In this document: in pieces, positions 25,859 through 35,152 of the stretch
Layout of the letters: every line of letters starts with the position of its first letter
Numbering within the stretch: position 1 is the first letter of the stretch
Virus record (IMG/VR): IMGVR_UViG_3300006175_000002
Span: 39,390 to 103,389 of that record
Source: a virus
Length of the DNA stretch: 64,000 nucleotides
Direction: 5' to 3' (one strand)
Position numbers and translations under genes: made by a program
Notes under the pieces: model-generated
Database searches by the model: none
Told to the model about the DNA's origin: nothing
The model's input: the letters and a program-made list of their open reading frames with translations, nothing else

Positions 25859-28596
25859 CAGACCACCTCAGCGTCGTCGTCGTCGAGGTCACGTGGGCGG
25901 TGGCAGTGCGGGCATCGTTCGGGGTGCAGCTCGGCCACGAACGCCTCCGCGCAGTGGTCGCAGCGGATGATCCCCATCGCCCCGAACCAGTCCAGCGACT
26001 GCGGCCAGAACGCCATCACCGCTGAGTCCCCATCGTCGGGGGACCGGCCGAGCCGTTTCTTGATGTCGTCTTTCGACTCGACCTGGACGTTGCCTCCGGA
26101 CACGACCCGCCAGTGCGGGGCGGTCAGGTCGCCGGTGAGTTTGTCGTCGGGTGGCAACGCCACTTCGAGCCCGCGGGACGGGTCGAGCATCTCCCGCATG
26201 TTCCACCACGCCGCGCTTCGGCAGTTCGTGAATCCCATTTCGCGAGTCGCGTCGCGGCGTTTCGTTTTCTCGGACGCGTTGAACCCTTCCACGGTGATGC
26301 CCTGTTCGCGGAGCCGGTCAACGACACCAGCGCCGATCCCGATCACGTCGACAACGGGCAGCATGCCTGCGTGGTCGGGGTTCGCCAGCGCCGCCCGGAC
26401 CCGACCAGTCGTCTGCATCGTGTCCTCTTTGGACGTGCGGCGGAGTTCGGTGAGAATGTCGCCGAGCCGGATCGAGATCACCGTTTTGTCGGACCCGGAC
26501 CGGGCCACGTCGACACCGCACGTGCGGCGCCCCTCCGGGACCTGCCGGCCGGCCTCATCCCAGGTGCGCCACCGCTCGTTGGCCTGCTCCACCCACGACA
26601 GGGGAATCACCCCATCCTCGTCGGAGGAGTGGAACTCGCCTTCAACACGGTTGTAGTAGACAGCCGAGTCGCCCCACTGCTCCCACCGCCGCCGGCACCA
26701 CTCCTCAGTGATCCGGCCGGCGCGGATCGCTTCCTCGCGGGTGACATGACGCACCCACCAGTCATCAAACCCAGGCGCGCGGCGGTGGATGTCGTAGAAC
26801 CGACCGTTCGGCTCGCCGGGGGTCGACATCGCGATCGCGAACGCTTCGTTGCTGGAGCCCTCGCCGGCGCCGGAGAACGCGCCCTCAGCGGCGTCGAACG
26901 TTTCCGGGGCAATCGCCTTGGACTCGTCGAAGACATACAAGATCGAGTCGGCGTGGGCGCCTTCGATCAGTTCCGGGTTGTCGGACGCGACCGCGAACGC
27001 CGACCCGAGCCGGAGCTTGATGTTCAGGGTCAACAGTTGGCTCTGGGTGTTGAGGGGTTCCCGACCCAACTCGTCCCAGCGGATCAACCGCGCCCACTTG
27101 TGGATCTCAGGCCAGGTGAACCGTTCCAACTGCCGCCACGCCCCGGCAGTGGTAACGCATTTCCAGTCCCGGCCGGCTGACTCGCGGGTGAGCGCGAACC
27201 AGAGAATCGCGATCGCGATCGTGGTGGTGTTGTGCTCAATAAAATCGGTCACGAACGTGTGTGGTCCCGGTACGGTGATCGCCACCGTTGGTTCCGGTGC
27301 GAGGACCTCAACAGTCCTTACGCGCTCCCACGCAAATCCGGACGGGAGCCGAAAGGACTGCCACCGCTGTTGTTTAGCCAGGGTCGCGACCCGGCAAGAG
27401 GCGGCGAGTCGGTTGAGGGCGTCCTCCTTGCCGAGGATGCCGACTACTTCAGCGAAACGGAGGATGCCGGCCGCGTCGTGGATGGCAACGGTGTGCGACT
27501 CACCATGCTTACGCACTCCCAGGTGAGTCCACGACACTCGCCGGGCGCGAACCTCAGCGACGATCCCCAAACGCAAGAGTGCTCGCTGGACGTCCTCGGC
27601 TAGCGCCCGACTGGAGGTGCCGTAGCCGACCTCTCGGTTCGCCCTGTTCCCCGCGCGTTCATTGTGGTGCGCCCATCCGTCACACGCAAACATACGGTTC
27701 AGTAGCAAGGCTAGGCTTTTGTCGTCGAGCCGCCACACCAAGGCGGGAAGACGCTTGGTCAATGCGGAATGACCATAGATACCCCACGCGCGACACATTT
27801 GCTTGACGGGGTTCGTGCGCCGCCCTTTACCCCCCGGCGTCGTGACCCTGTAGTCGACGCGGGAAATGTGTACTAGACGGCAACCGTGCTCAGCGACAGA
27901 TCGGCCCATTGCGTCGAGCATGGGTCCGTCGGCCTGTGAAAATATGACAGAGCCGCCCGTAAGCCCCCCATCGGCGACGAGTCCGCCAAGGATAGTCGCC
28001 TCAGACTCAGTGAGAGTCTCGGTCGCACCCTCATTACCGAGGTATGCGGCAATGACCGAGCCGGGCCGCAACTCGCCAGCAGCTACCCAGTCGCCCTCGG
28101 GACGCATGCGACCGCGACCAAGGGGGGAGGGATGACCTTTCGGGTCGACGTCAGCCCACATCGGATGGTTGAGGGTTCGTACGACCGCACGTCCCTTGTC
28201 GGTAGTAACCCGGACAACGGGTTGGACGCCATTGTCGACGGCGTACGCATTCGCGCGATGAACATCGCCCGTGATGGGGTCGACCGCCAGCACCTCAAAC
28301 GATCGACCGACGAGGTCACACGCCTGAACAAGTGTGCCGTCGGCCAAACGCATCCACTCATGGTAGTGCAGGCACTTCCCCAACCCGTGCGGACCGCGGA
28401 CCGCGACGCGTTTCTTGACGGGGATTTCCCCGAGAATCTCGTCCTGGTAGAACGTCAACGCTTTACCGGCGGGCCACGCAATGCAGTGCCGGGCGAAACC
28501 GATCGGGTCGTGGTAGTACTTGACGGCGGCCTGGCCGGCGGTGCCGATGTCCCGTTCGAGGCTGTCGGCGACGCTGGCGAGCAACGTATCGAACAC
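25858..28596 (-). CDS. terL: terminase large subunit containing an intein
   Basis: VAVRGPHGLGK|T Walker A, YVFDES Walker B, STP motif, nuclease GVDVARSGSD and SPDDGDS; GTG 28596 after GAAAGGG. Confidence 0.92.
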   Translation of the reverse strand: MFDTLLASVADSLERDIGTAGQAAVKYYHDPIGFARHCIAWPAGKALTFYQDEILGEIPVKKRVAVRGPHGLGKCLHYHEWMRLADGTLVQACDLVGRSFEVLAVDPITGDVHRANAYAVDNGVQPVVRVTTDKGRAVVRTLNHPMWADVDPKGHPSPLGRGRMRPEGDWVAAGELRPGSVIAAYLGNEGATETLTESEATILGGLVADGGLTGGSVIFSQADGPMLDAMGRSVAEHGCRLVHISRVDYRVTTPGGKGRRTNPVKQMCRAWGIYGHSALTKRLPALVWRLDDKSLALLLNRMFACDGWAHHNERAGNRANREVGYGTSSRALAEDVQRALLRLGIVAEVRARRVSWTHLGVRKHGESHTVAIHDAAGILRFAEVVGILGKEDALNRLAASCRVATLAKQQRWQSFRLPSGFAWERVRTVEVLAPEPTVAITVPGPHTFVTDFIEHNTTTIAIAILWFALTRESAGRDWKCVTTAGAWRQLERFTWPEIHKWARLIRWDELGREPLNTQSQLLTLNIKLRLGSAFAVASDNPELIEGAHADSILYVFDESKAIAPETFDAAEGAFSGAGEGSSNEAFAIAMSTPGEPNGRFYDIHRRAPGFDDWWVRHVTREEAIRAGRITEEWCRRRWEQWGDSAVYYNRVEGEFHSSDEDGVIPLSWVEQANERWRTWDEAGRQVPEGRRTCGVDVARSGSDKTVISIRLGDILTELRRTSKEDTMQTTGRVRAALANPDHAGMLPVVDVIGIGAGVVDRLREQGITVEGFNASEKTKRRDATREMGFTNCRSAAWWNMREMLDPSRGLEVALPPDDKLTGDLTAPHWRVVSGGNVQVESKDDIKKRLGRSPDDGDSAVMAFWPQSLDWFGAMGIIRCDHCAEAFVAELHPERCPHCHRPRDLDDDDAEVV
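27229..28374 (-). mobile_element. intein with LAGLIDADG homing endonuclease (382 aa)
   Basis: Begins CLHY after GK; block B TLNHPMW; LAGLIDADG motifs ILGGLVADG and LNRMFACDG; ends IEHN followed by Thr. Confidence 0.93.
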
Positions 28597-28613
28597 AGCG
28601 GGGGACCGCCCTT

Positions 28614-29276
28614 TCAGGCGGCGGTGATCTGCGCTGGCATCTGGCTCACCGTGCGCAGGTAGCGGCCCGCTTCGATCCGGGCTTCGACAGCCATGGGTCC
28701 GGTGACGTTGACCTTCGCCAGGCCGGCCTCGATCGCGGCGAGGATCATTTCCTTCTGCCCCTCGGCGATCTTCACCAGGCGTTCGTCGATGTTCAACTTC
28801 GCGATCATCGCGAGAGTGGTCGCGAGCCGATCCATGGACCGTTCGTACAGTTGGATTTCGCCGCGGATCGCTTCGCCGCCGTCGGTGCCGTAGCGGAGCT
28901 TCTCCTGCTCGAGGAGTTCCGCGACCCGTTCGGCCATGGCCTGTTTCCACTGCTTCATTTCCCCGGCGAGGAGTTGCAGCTCGCGCAGCGGGTCCTCGAC
29001 CGCGGCGGCGGGGAACTGGCCGAGGACCATCCGTACCCGGCGGGTGGTGGCGCTCTGGGCTTCCCGCGCGGCGTACGCCTCCGCTTTGATCATCTGAGAT
29101 TTCGCTTGGGACGCACCCGTCGCGCCGCCATGCCTACGGCACACACTGAGGCCGGTGACCTTGTACGCCTTGCACTGTGAGCCGGCCTGGTTACGGCTAT
29201 GCCCCTGGCACCGGTCGGGGTTGTGTACGGCGTCGCAGGTGCCGCAGATCCGGCCGTCAGCCGGCGGCAGGGCCAC
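28614..29276 (-). CDS. probable terminase small subunit (HGGxSTG-like)
   Basis: CRRHGGATG motif; directly upstream of terL. Confidence 0.7.
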   Translation of the reverse strand: MALPPADGRICGTCDAVHNPDRCQGHSRNQAGSQCKAYKVTGLSVCRRHGGATGASQAKSQMIKAEAYAAREAQSATTRRVRMVLGQFPAAAVEDPLRELQLLAGEMKQWKQAMAERVAELLEQEKLRYGTDGGEAIRGEIQLYERSMDRLATTLAMIAKLNIDERLVKIAEGQKEMILAAIEAGLAKVNVTGPMAVEARIEAGRYLRTVSQMPAQITAA

Positions 29277-29577
29277 GGCGTGCTACTTCCTCGGCCGACT
29301 GCTGCATCAACGGTCGCATGTCGCGGATCTTCTGGCAGATCAGGGTAAGCCCGTCGGGAGTCACCTCGATCGGCCGGTACCAGACCACCCCGGCAACGCG
29401 GATCCCCTCGTGGTCCACGGCGAACGGCCAGTACCGGCCAGCGAACATGGTGAGTTCGGCTAGGGCGATACGGGTCAGGTCCGGGGCGTTGGTCACGACC
29501 GGGGCGCCCGGATTACGGGTGTCGATGACGAGGTCCCCGAACGAACCCCGACTGACAACACGCTCTGCTGTGATCAT
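29257..29577 (-). CDS. hypothetical protein
   Basis: AGGAGGAG SD, ATG 29577. Confidence 0.6.
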   Translation of the reverse strand: MITAERVVSRGSFGDLVIDTRNPGAPVVTNAPDLTRIALAELTMFAGRYWPFAVDHEGIRVAGVVWYRPIEVTPDGLTLICQKIRDMRPLMQQSAEEVARRGPAAG

Positions 29578-29594
29578 GTGTTTCTCCTCCTGCA

Positions 29595-30995
29595 TCACAC
29601 GATCTGAAGTTGACCAACCTCGGCGACGGGAATGGTCGGGTTGTCGGTCACCCGCACCCACCACGAGTAGATCCCCAACCCGAGAACAACACCACCGGTG
29701 CCAGGCCCGACGAGGCACTGCGCCAGGTAGGTGCCGCCCGGTGCGGTGTCCCACGACCCGGTGTGCCAGTCCCCGGACCCAGGCCGGGCACCCACAGTCG
29801 TGAACGCCATCTCGATGAGATCGCTGGTCGGGTTGACCGGGGCACCGTCCACGTACGCGGCGGCGGGAACCTGCACGTAGTCGGTGGCCAGAATTGACAG
29901 GATCACCGGGCCTCCCCCCGCTGTGATTCCGCTGCTGGTACGTGGTGTCCCGAACGACCACAGAAACTGCGGCTGACCGAAAATGAGTGTGAGGGTGCGG
30001 GCCCCACTGGTACCGGTGGCCACATCGGTGAACGTGATCGAGCCGGTGACGGCGCGAGCTTGGGTGAACGCCCGGGTCGCGACGTCGGCGAACGTGACCG
30101 CGTCGCTGATGCCGCGGGCGAGGATCACCGACGCGGCGACCACATCGGACAGGGTCGTAACGTCCGTGGCGCCGCGCGGCAGCACAACACGGCTGGTGAC
30201 AGCATCGGACAGGGTGACGGCGTCCGTGCCGGCGCGGGCCAGTGCCGCGGCACGGGTCGCCACGTCGGACAGGGTGGTGGAGTCGGTAACGCCCCGGGTC
30301 TGGGTAACGGTTCGGGTTGCCGCATCGGACAGGGTGACCGCGTCGGTAGCGGTGCCGGTGAACGATGAGGTGGCCGTGAACGCGATGACCTGGATGTAAC
30401 GGTCCGATGCGGCGTTGGTCCAACTCACCGACGGGGACTCGGCGGCGGTTCCCGCAGGCACCTTGACCGCGGCGAACTGGAACGCCGCCGACCCGCCGGC
30501 CCCGATGCCCGGCGATTCAAGATTCGTGTAACCGGCAGACCAGACGGGAGTGTTCGGGCTCGTGACGGAGTGCAGCATCCCGGCGGCGAGGACGAGGTCC
30601 ACAGTGGTGGCGAGGGTGCCCGTCGACACGGCCGGGGTGCTGCTGCCCGTCGACGAGTCGGCATGCGCTTCGGCTATACCGTTCGGGCTGTCGACACCGG
30701 TAGCGTTGTGGACCCGGATCCACGACACGACACAGTTGAAGTTGCCGGAGGTCGTGACGGTGACGGTGTCAGACTCACCGCCCACGGCCAGCCGGGCGAA
30801 TGTGTAGGCGCCCTGGTCGCCAACGAAACTGGTTTCGAGGGTGAACCCGGACGGGGTCGCTACGACCGTGTCGGAGTTGGCGAACAGAACATCGAAGTCG
30901 CCGACCAGTGGCGCACCGGCGGAGAAAACGCAGGCGTGGCCCCCGTTACCGTCGGCGAAGGCGTAGGACTGGTGCGCGGAGACGGTAGCGCCCAC
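29595..30995 (-). CDS. virion fibre/appendage-like protein with 20-aa repeats
   Basis: Thr/Ala/Ser-rich; six D.VTLSD..TR repeats. Confidence 0.65.
   Translation of the reverse strand: MGATVSAHQSYAFADGNGGHACVFSAGAPLVGDFDVLFANSDTVVATPSGFTLETSFVGDQGAYTFARLAVGGESDTVTVTTSGNFNCVVSWIRVHNATGVDSPNGIAEAHADSSTGSSTPAVSTGTLATTVDLVLAAGMLHSVTSPNTPVWSAGYTNLESPGIGAGGSAAFQFAAVKVPAGTAAESPSVSWTNAASDRYIQVIAFTATSSFTGTATDAVTLSDAATRTVTQTRGVTDSTTLSDVATRAAALARAGTDAVTLSDAVTSRVVLPRGATDVTTLSDVVAASVILARGISDAVTFADVATRAFTQARAVTGSITFTDVATGTSGARTLTLIFGQPQFLWSFGTPRTSSGITAGGGPVILSILATDYVQVPAAAYVDGAPVNPTSDLIEMAFTTVGARPGSGDWHTGSWDTAPGGTYLAQCLVGPGTGGVVLGLGIYSWWVRVTDNPTIPVAEVGQLQIV
30015..30355 (-). repeat. about six imperfect 60-bp (20-aa) coding tandem repeats
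   Basis: Recurrent TCGGACAGGGT / TCGGCGAACGT on the + strand at 60-bp spacing. Confidence 0.8.
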
Positions 30996-31020
30996 GGGTC
31001 AGCCCTTCCCTGCTCCGCCG

Positions 31021-31413
31021 CTAGGACATAGTGACGGTGTCGGTCAACACGAGCTGATCTCCAGAGGCGGTCAGGGTGGCGGTCGCTGAGAGCAGCGTCT
31101 CGAACATCATCGTCCCCCCGGACGGGGTGGCGTTGAACGTGGCCATCTTCGCGATCGTGACCGGCAGCGAGTCGGAGCCGTTCGCGGTGAACGTCTTCGT
31201 CAACGTCCACGTGGACGTGCCGTTCGTGTGTGCTGGGGTGCCCTGCGCCCGGATCAGACCACCACTGGCGGTGGTGATCTCCCCGGTCAGGGTGGTGTCG
31301 GTCGCGACCGGTGAGGCGGAGTTCGCGGTCAACGCCATGTAGTTCGCCGCCGCCGCCTGCGACAGGCTGACCATGTTGGTGTAGGTGAGGTCTTTACCAC
31401 CGTTGAGGTACAT
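31021..31413 (-). CDS. tail-fibre-like structural protein
   Basis: YMALT....P...DTTLTGE and TLTASGDQLVLT motifs; TGATG overlap with upstream gene. Confidence 0.6.
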   Translation of the reverse strand: MYLNGGKDLTYTNMVSLSQAAAANYMALTANSASPVATDTTLTGEITTASGGLIRAQGTPAHTNGTSTWTLTKTFTANGSDSLPVTIAKMATFNATPSGGTMMFETLLSATATLTASGDQLVLTDTVTMS

Positions 31414-31718
31414 CACGCCTCCGGTTCGGGGTCGCGCGCTTCGCAGCCCCACACACTGGCTAGGACCTGCGTCAACTCCGGGTCGGTCGACGCGACCCAT
31501 GCGGGGGCGTCGGCGTTGGAGTGGGCCGCCCACACGCCGCTGGGATGAGTCAACGTGGTGATGATCTCGGCGACAGAAATGTCGTCGGGGGGTTGCACGA
31601 TCGTGCACCGCTTGCCCTCTATAGGAGTGCGGACCTTCACGTGCTCACCACGGTCGTCGACTTCGCCGGTCGGGATGTGATCAACGGCGGCATGGTTGCC
31701 GAGCCAGATGGTGGGCAC
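31413..31718 (-). CDS. hypothetical protein
   Basis: GAGGAGG SD, GTG start. Confidence 0.6.
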   Translation of the reverse strand: MPTIWLGNHAAVDHIPTGEVDDRGEHVKVRTPIEGKRCTIVQPPDDISVAEIITTLTHPSGVWAAHSNADAPAWVASTDPELTQVLASVWGCEARDPEPEA

Positions 31719-31721
31719 CGG

Positions 31722-31883
31722 TCAGCCTCCTCGAATGGGTTCCACGGTCAGAACAACCTCATCAGGGGTCACCGTAAGTTCGGTCACGGCGTGCCGTGCG
31801 CCGTCGCCGGTGACCACGATCAGGGGCTTAGCGTCTTGCGGGTACTGCTCGTTCAGCAGTGACCGCACGTGTAGCAGGTCCAA
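31722..31883 (-). CDS. small hypothetical protein (53 aa)
   Basis: GAAAGG SD, TTG start, LDLLHVRSLLNEQYPQDAKPLIVV... Confidence 0.45.
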   Translation of the reverse strand: MDLLHVRSLLNEQYPQDAKPLIVVTGDGARHAVTELTVTPDEVVLTVEPIRGG

Positions 31884-31996
31884 CGTGTTTGTGGCCTTTC
31901 AAGGTGAAGGGCCGGAAGGGCGCCCCGGGCGGACGGAGGAGTGTGCCCGAACCCCGAGGGGGTTGCTCCCCGGGGCGCCCAGCTCGCTACCCGGCC

Positions 31997-32533
31997 CTAC
32001 GGCTGGGTGGTGACCGGGCCTTCGGTCAGTGAGATCAGGGCGGTGCCGCCCGGTACGACGTCGATCGCCTCGGTCGCGGACAGGACCCCGTCGGTCACAG
32101 TGACCACGGCGCTGCCCGGGTTGCCGGCCACGACGGTTGCGGTGCGGGTGTCGTCGGATACGACCACGGTCGCTACCGTCTCGTCATCGACGGTCCAGAC
32201 GACCTGGTCCGGCGTCTCGAACCCCTTCGCGTCCTTGGTGTCGACGGTCAAGTCGAACTGCTCGTTGTCGTGCAGCTGCACGGTGCCTCCTTGACTTGTG
32301 GGCGTGCCGGTTGGCAGCCCGGACTGTTGATCGGTGATCGGACCGGCGATCAAGGTCAAGCTGACGGTGCCCTTGAGCCACGCCAGGAAGACCTCCGCTG
32401 TGTTTCGGACGGCGGTTTCGCCGGCTGCGATCGTGTCGGCCACGGCGACGCCGAGTTCCTCGGTGAGGTCGCCAACGGCCGCGTGGAAGACGGTCGCCGC
32501 TTGGAGCGCGGACGCCCTGTCTGGGTCGGTCAA
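31997..32533 (-). CDS. protein with C-terminal Ig-like (Big_2-like) domain
   Basis: VVWTVDDETVATV....ATVVAGNPGSAVVTVT. Confidence 0.65.
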   Translation of the reverse strand: MTDPDRASALQAATVFHAAVGDLTEELGVAVADTIAAGETAVRNTAEVFLAWLKGTVSLTLIAGPITDQQSGLPTGTPTSQGGTVQLHDNEQFDLTVDTKDAKGFETPDQVVWTVDDETVATVVVSDDTRTATVVAGNPGSAVVTVTDGVLSATEAIDVVPGGTALISLTEGPVTTQP

Positions 32534-32563
32534 GTGACCACCACCTTCGGGTTGAGTGGGCAC

Positions 32564-32590
32564 AAAAAACCCGGCCAACGCGGGCCGGGT
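32564..32590 (-). terminator. intrinsic terminator-like hairpin at the head of the morphogenesis operon
   Basis: Minus strand ACCCGGCC-CGCGTT-GGCCGGGT followed by a T-tract. Confidence 0.65.
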
Positions 32591-32672
32591 CGACTAAGGA
32601 AGAAATGCGATCAACGTCGTCTATTTGCTAGCCTGTTTGCACAGGTCACATTTCGGAGGAGGAAAAAACAGA

Positions 32673-32801
32673 ATGCTGAATCAGCCCACCGGTCCCAGCG
32701 ACCCGGGAATGCCGGTGCCGGGGCCGAAGCCGAGTCCACAGTTCATGCGCGGCGGTAGCCCGAACCCCATCCTGGACCCGCCGCCGTTCCCGCCGAAGTA
32801 G
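32673..32801 (+). CDS. putative 42-aa proline-rich peptide
   Basis: GGAGGAGG SD, ATG 32673, MLNQPTGPSDPGMPVPGPKPSPQFMRGGSPNPILDPPPFPPK, followed by a long hairpin. Confidence 0.45.
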   Translation: MLNQPTGPSDPGMPVPGPKPSPQFMRGGSPNPILDPPPFPPK

Positions 32802-32811
32802 ACAAGCACGC

Positions 32812-32862
32812 CGCCACCGCCTCGCATCTCCCGTTTGGGGGGGGCGAGGCGGTTGGCGTTTG
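32812..32862 (+). terminator. long GC-rich hairpin
   Basis: CGCCACCGCCTCGC...GCGAGGCGGTTGGCG then TTT. Confidence 0.5.
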
Positions 32863-32981
32863 GGGGGAGAGATCGCAGAGGGGGTAGACAGTGACGTGCG
32901 TCTATATGTGTCTGGGTGGTTCGTCAGTACCACCCAGCATGGGTCACCCCTGCGCAGAGTAGCTATCCGCGCCGATGATCG

Positions 32982-34040
32982 TCAAGCGACCGCGCTGCCC
33001 GCCGCCCTCCGCCGCGTTGCCGCCTGCTCAATCCGGTCCAACACGTCCCCGATCCGGTACAACGGCCGCCCCGACCAGTCGTTGCCCCGGGGCCAGATCA
33101 ACCGCCGCTTGATCCAGTTGCGGAGCATGCCGTGGAAGTCGGAACTGATCACCGTCGCATACGCCGACACGAGCCGAGCCACATCCGCCGCCGGCGCCTG
33201 ATACTCCCTCGCCTTCTCGAGCAGCCACGTCCGCCGGTCCGCGACCCGATGCGTCGCCCGACACCCCGGGCAGCGGATCGTGTCCTGGTCCGGTGAGGCG
33301 TACAGATCCACCTGACACTCCGTACCGCCGGGCAGCGGCTCCCAGCAGCGACCGGCGTACCACTGGTCGGCGGGCCGGTCCACAGCCCGGGTCGCCCGGT
33401 CATGGCAACGGCCCAGGTCGGCCCACGCCGTGGGCGCCTGGGGGTGGGTACGCAGCCAGCCGAGGTGCGCGGCAACGAACTTCGCCACAACGGCCAAGGG
33501 GTCATCGACCGGTTGGGTACGTACGGTGTGGCAGGTGGAGTGTTCGCACCAGCCGTACGGGCAGGCCGGGCCAACCAACCGGGGCGGCGGGGCCGGGACC
33601 GGGCCGCAGTGCTCAACGATCAGGTCGGCCCAGAAGTGCAGCGTCGTCGCGGTGGCGTCGCGGACCGCAGCAGCGTCGAGGTTCACGGGCAGCGCTTTCG
33701 GGGACAGCGCCGATTCGGGGCCCGGCCGGCGGGCGACGAGGTTCACGCCGGGGCGGCGTACCCAGTAGGCGCGGATCGTGCGGCAGGTGGGGTGATCGCA
33801 CCACCCATTAGCGCAGGCGGGCCCGGCCGGGCGGGGCGCCTCGGTCGGCGCTGGCCCGGCCGGGGCGGTGGGTCGGCTGATCGTGGGTCGGGTGATCCGG
33901 TCCTGCCGGGCCACAGTGACGGCCAGTTCCTCGGCGACGCGGGCCAGCTCAGTCAACGTGTTCGCGAGGGCGGCGGTGCACTGGTGGCAGATGTAGCCGT
34001 TGTCGGAGACGGGTTTCGGACAGACGGCGCAGTCGGCCAC
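32982..34040 (-). CDS. zinc-ribbon + C-terminal HTH protein, putative late-gene regulator
   Basis: CxxC pairs, duplicated C..GWC.H.TC motif, LRNWIKR...LYRIGDVL terminus; lies just upstream of the late operon. Confidence 0.65.
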   Translation of the reverse strand: MADCAVCPKPVSDNGYICHQCTAALANTLTELARVAEELAVTVARQDRITRPTISRPTAPAGPAPTEAPRPAGPACANGWCDHPTCRTIRAYWVRRPGVNLVARRPGPESALSPKALPVNLDAAAVRDATATTLHFWADLIVEHCGPVPAPPPRLVGPACPYGWCEHSTCHTVRTQPVDDPLAVVAKFVAAHLGWLRTHPQAPTAWADLGRCHDRATRAVDRPADQWYAGRCWEPLPGGTECQVDLYASPDQDTIRCPGCRATHRVADRRTWLLEKAREYQAPAADVARLVSAYATVISSDFHGMLRNWIKRRLIWPRGNDWSGRPLYRIGDVLDRIEQAATRRRAAGSAVA

Positions 34041-34092
34041 GTGGCTCCCTTCCCGGGGCGGTGTGGCCTGATCTTAGTCTTACGGCGGGCGG

Positions 34093-34380
34093 CTACTCGG
34101 CTGGCTGAACGGTTGGTTCAGGTTGGCGCTCCGCCTCAAACTCGGCCCGTACCCGCGCGTCGCCGACCTCGCGTTGCGTGATCGCGGCCCGCACGAAACA
34201 GTCCTTCGCCTCCAATAGGTGCCGCAGACCAGCGGTCAACTCCGGCCCACCGTCCGGGTACGCCTCGGCCATCCTCTCCGCCAGCGCATAGCAGTCACCG
34301 ACCACAGTGGCCAAGTCGGCGGGCAGGTGACCGCTTGTGAACCATCGCAGCACCTGCGCGGTCGCCGGGTGCATGCTCAC
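34093..34380 (-). CDS. small helical-hairpin protein (possible Acb2/Tad1-like)
   Basis: F..GHLP...PELTAGLRHLLEAKDCFVRAA motif. Confidence 0.6.
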   Translation of the reverse strand: MSMHPATAQVLRWFTSGHLPADLATVVGDCYALAERMAEAYPDGGPELTAGLRHLLEAKDCFVRAAITQREVGDARVRAEFEAERQPEPTVQPAE

Positions 34381-34838
34381 CGCGGTACCCGCGCCATCAA
34401 CGCGTCGTCGATGTGCCGCCGAGTCCCCACGATGCCTGTGGGCTGATCGGATCCGTCGCCGAACACAGCGACCGCGCTGCCCGTGAACCGGTCAGGATGC
34501 TGCGGGTCGATGAACACCCGAATGCCCACGGTCAGATCCGGGGCCGGCAGGTGCGTGTCCGCGTGGGCGTTGAGTTGCCAGAACTGCAACTCGAACACGC
34601 TGGATTCGCCAAGCCACCCGCGGACCTGCCGCCACAGTCCCATTCCGACCGAGTCGTTGATTCCCGACAGGTCGGCGCCTTGCTCCACGTTCGTCGGGTT
34701 GGTAATCAGAAACGTGCCGGTCGGGAAGACCGTGAACAGGTGATCGGGGTAGGGGGCGCTGTCGGTCGTGGCACGCCACACCCCGGGCAGCAGAGAATCG
34801 AACACGGCGCGTGCGCTGGCAATGCTGGGACCGGTCAT
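34377..34838 (-). CDS. hypothetical beta-barrel-like protein
   Basis: ATG 34838; GVW and G.G.W motifs; the ORF-track extension into the tRNA region is spurious. Confidence 0.55.
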   Translation of the reverse strand: MTGPSIASARAVFDSLLPGVWRATTDSAPYPDHLFTVFPTGTFLITNPTNVEQGADLSGINDSVGMGLWRQVRGWLGESSVFELQFWQLNAHADTHLPAPDLTVGIRVFIDPQHPDRFTGSAVAVFGDGSDQPTGIVGTRRHIDDALMARVPR

Positions 34839-34864
34839 GGTGCACATTGTGTCAGAGAAAAGGG

Positions 34865-34894
34865 TTGCGTGTACCCTCCTGCGTCCCCTACCGT
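34865..34894 (+). promoter_or_regulatory. putative sigma70-type promoter of the tRNA array
   Basis: TTGCGT-N18-TACCGT. Confidence 0.55.
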
Positions 34895-35078
34895 TGACCC
34901 CGTGACCGCAACCTGGACTCTCCAACCGCAGCGACCCTTCGGGGTGCTGGGGTCCACGGCCGCCGCCAAGCGGTCGACGGATGAGCACAACCCGGGCAGG
35001 CCACGATGACGGAACGTTGATCAACGCAACGTCATCGCCGCCCACCCAGACCGGGACCGGGCGGCGATTCACGTTCAT

Positions 35079-35152
35079 AGGGGTGTAGCTCAGCAGGTCA
35101 GAGCGCCGATCTCCAAAGTCGGATGTCGCAGGTTCGATTCCTGTCACCCCTG
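35079..35152 (+). tRNA. tRNA-Trp(CCA)
   Basis: Cloverleaf, loop CT-CCA-AA, GTTCGA T-loop. Confidence 0.9.

Noticed and set aside
4632-28662. Long plus-strand ORFs opposite the structural genes
   Set aside because: Antisense shadows typical of high-GC coding DNA, with no motifs
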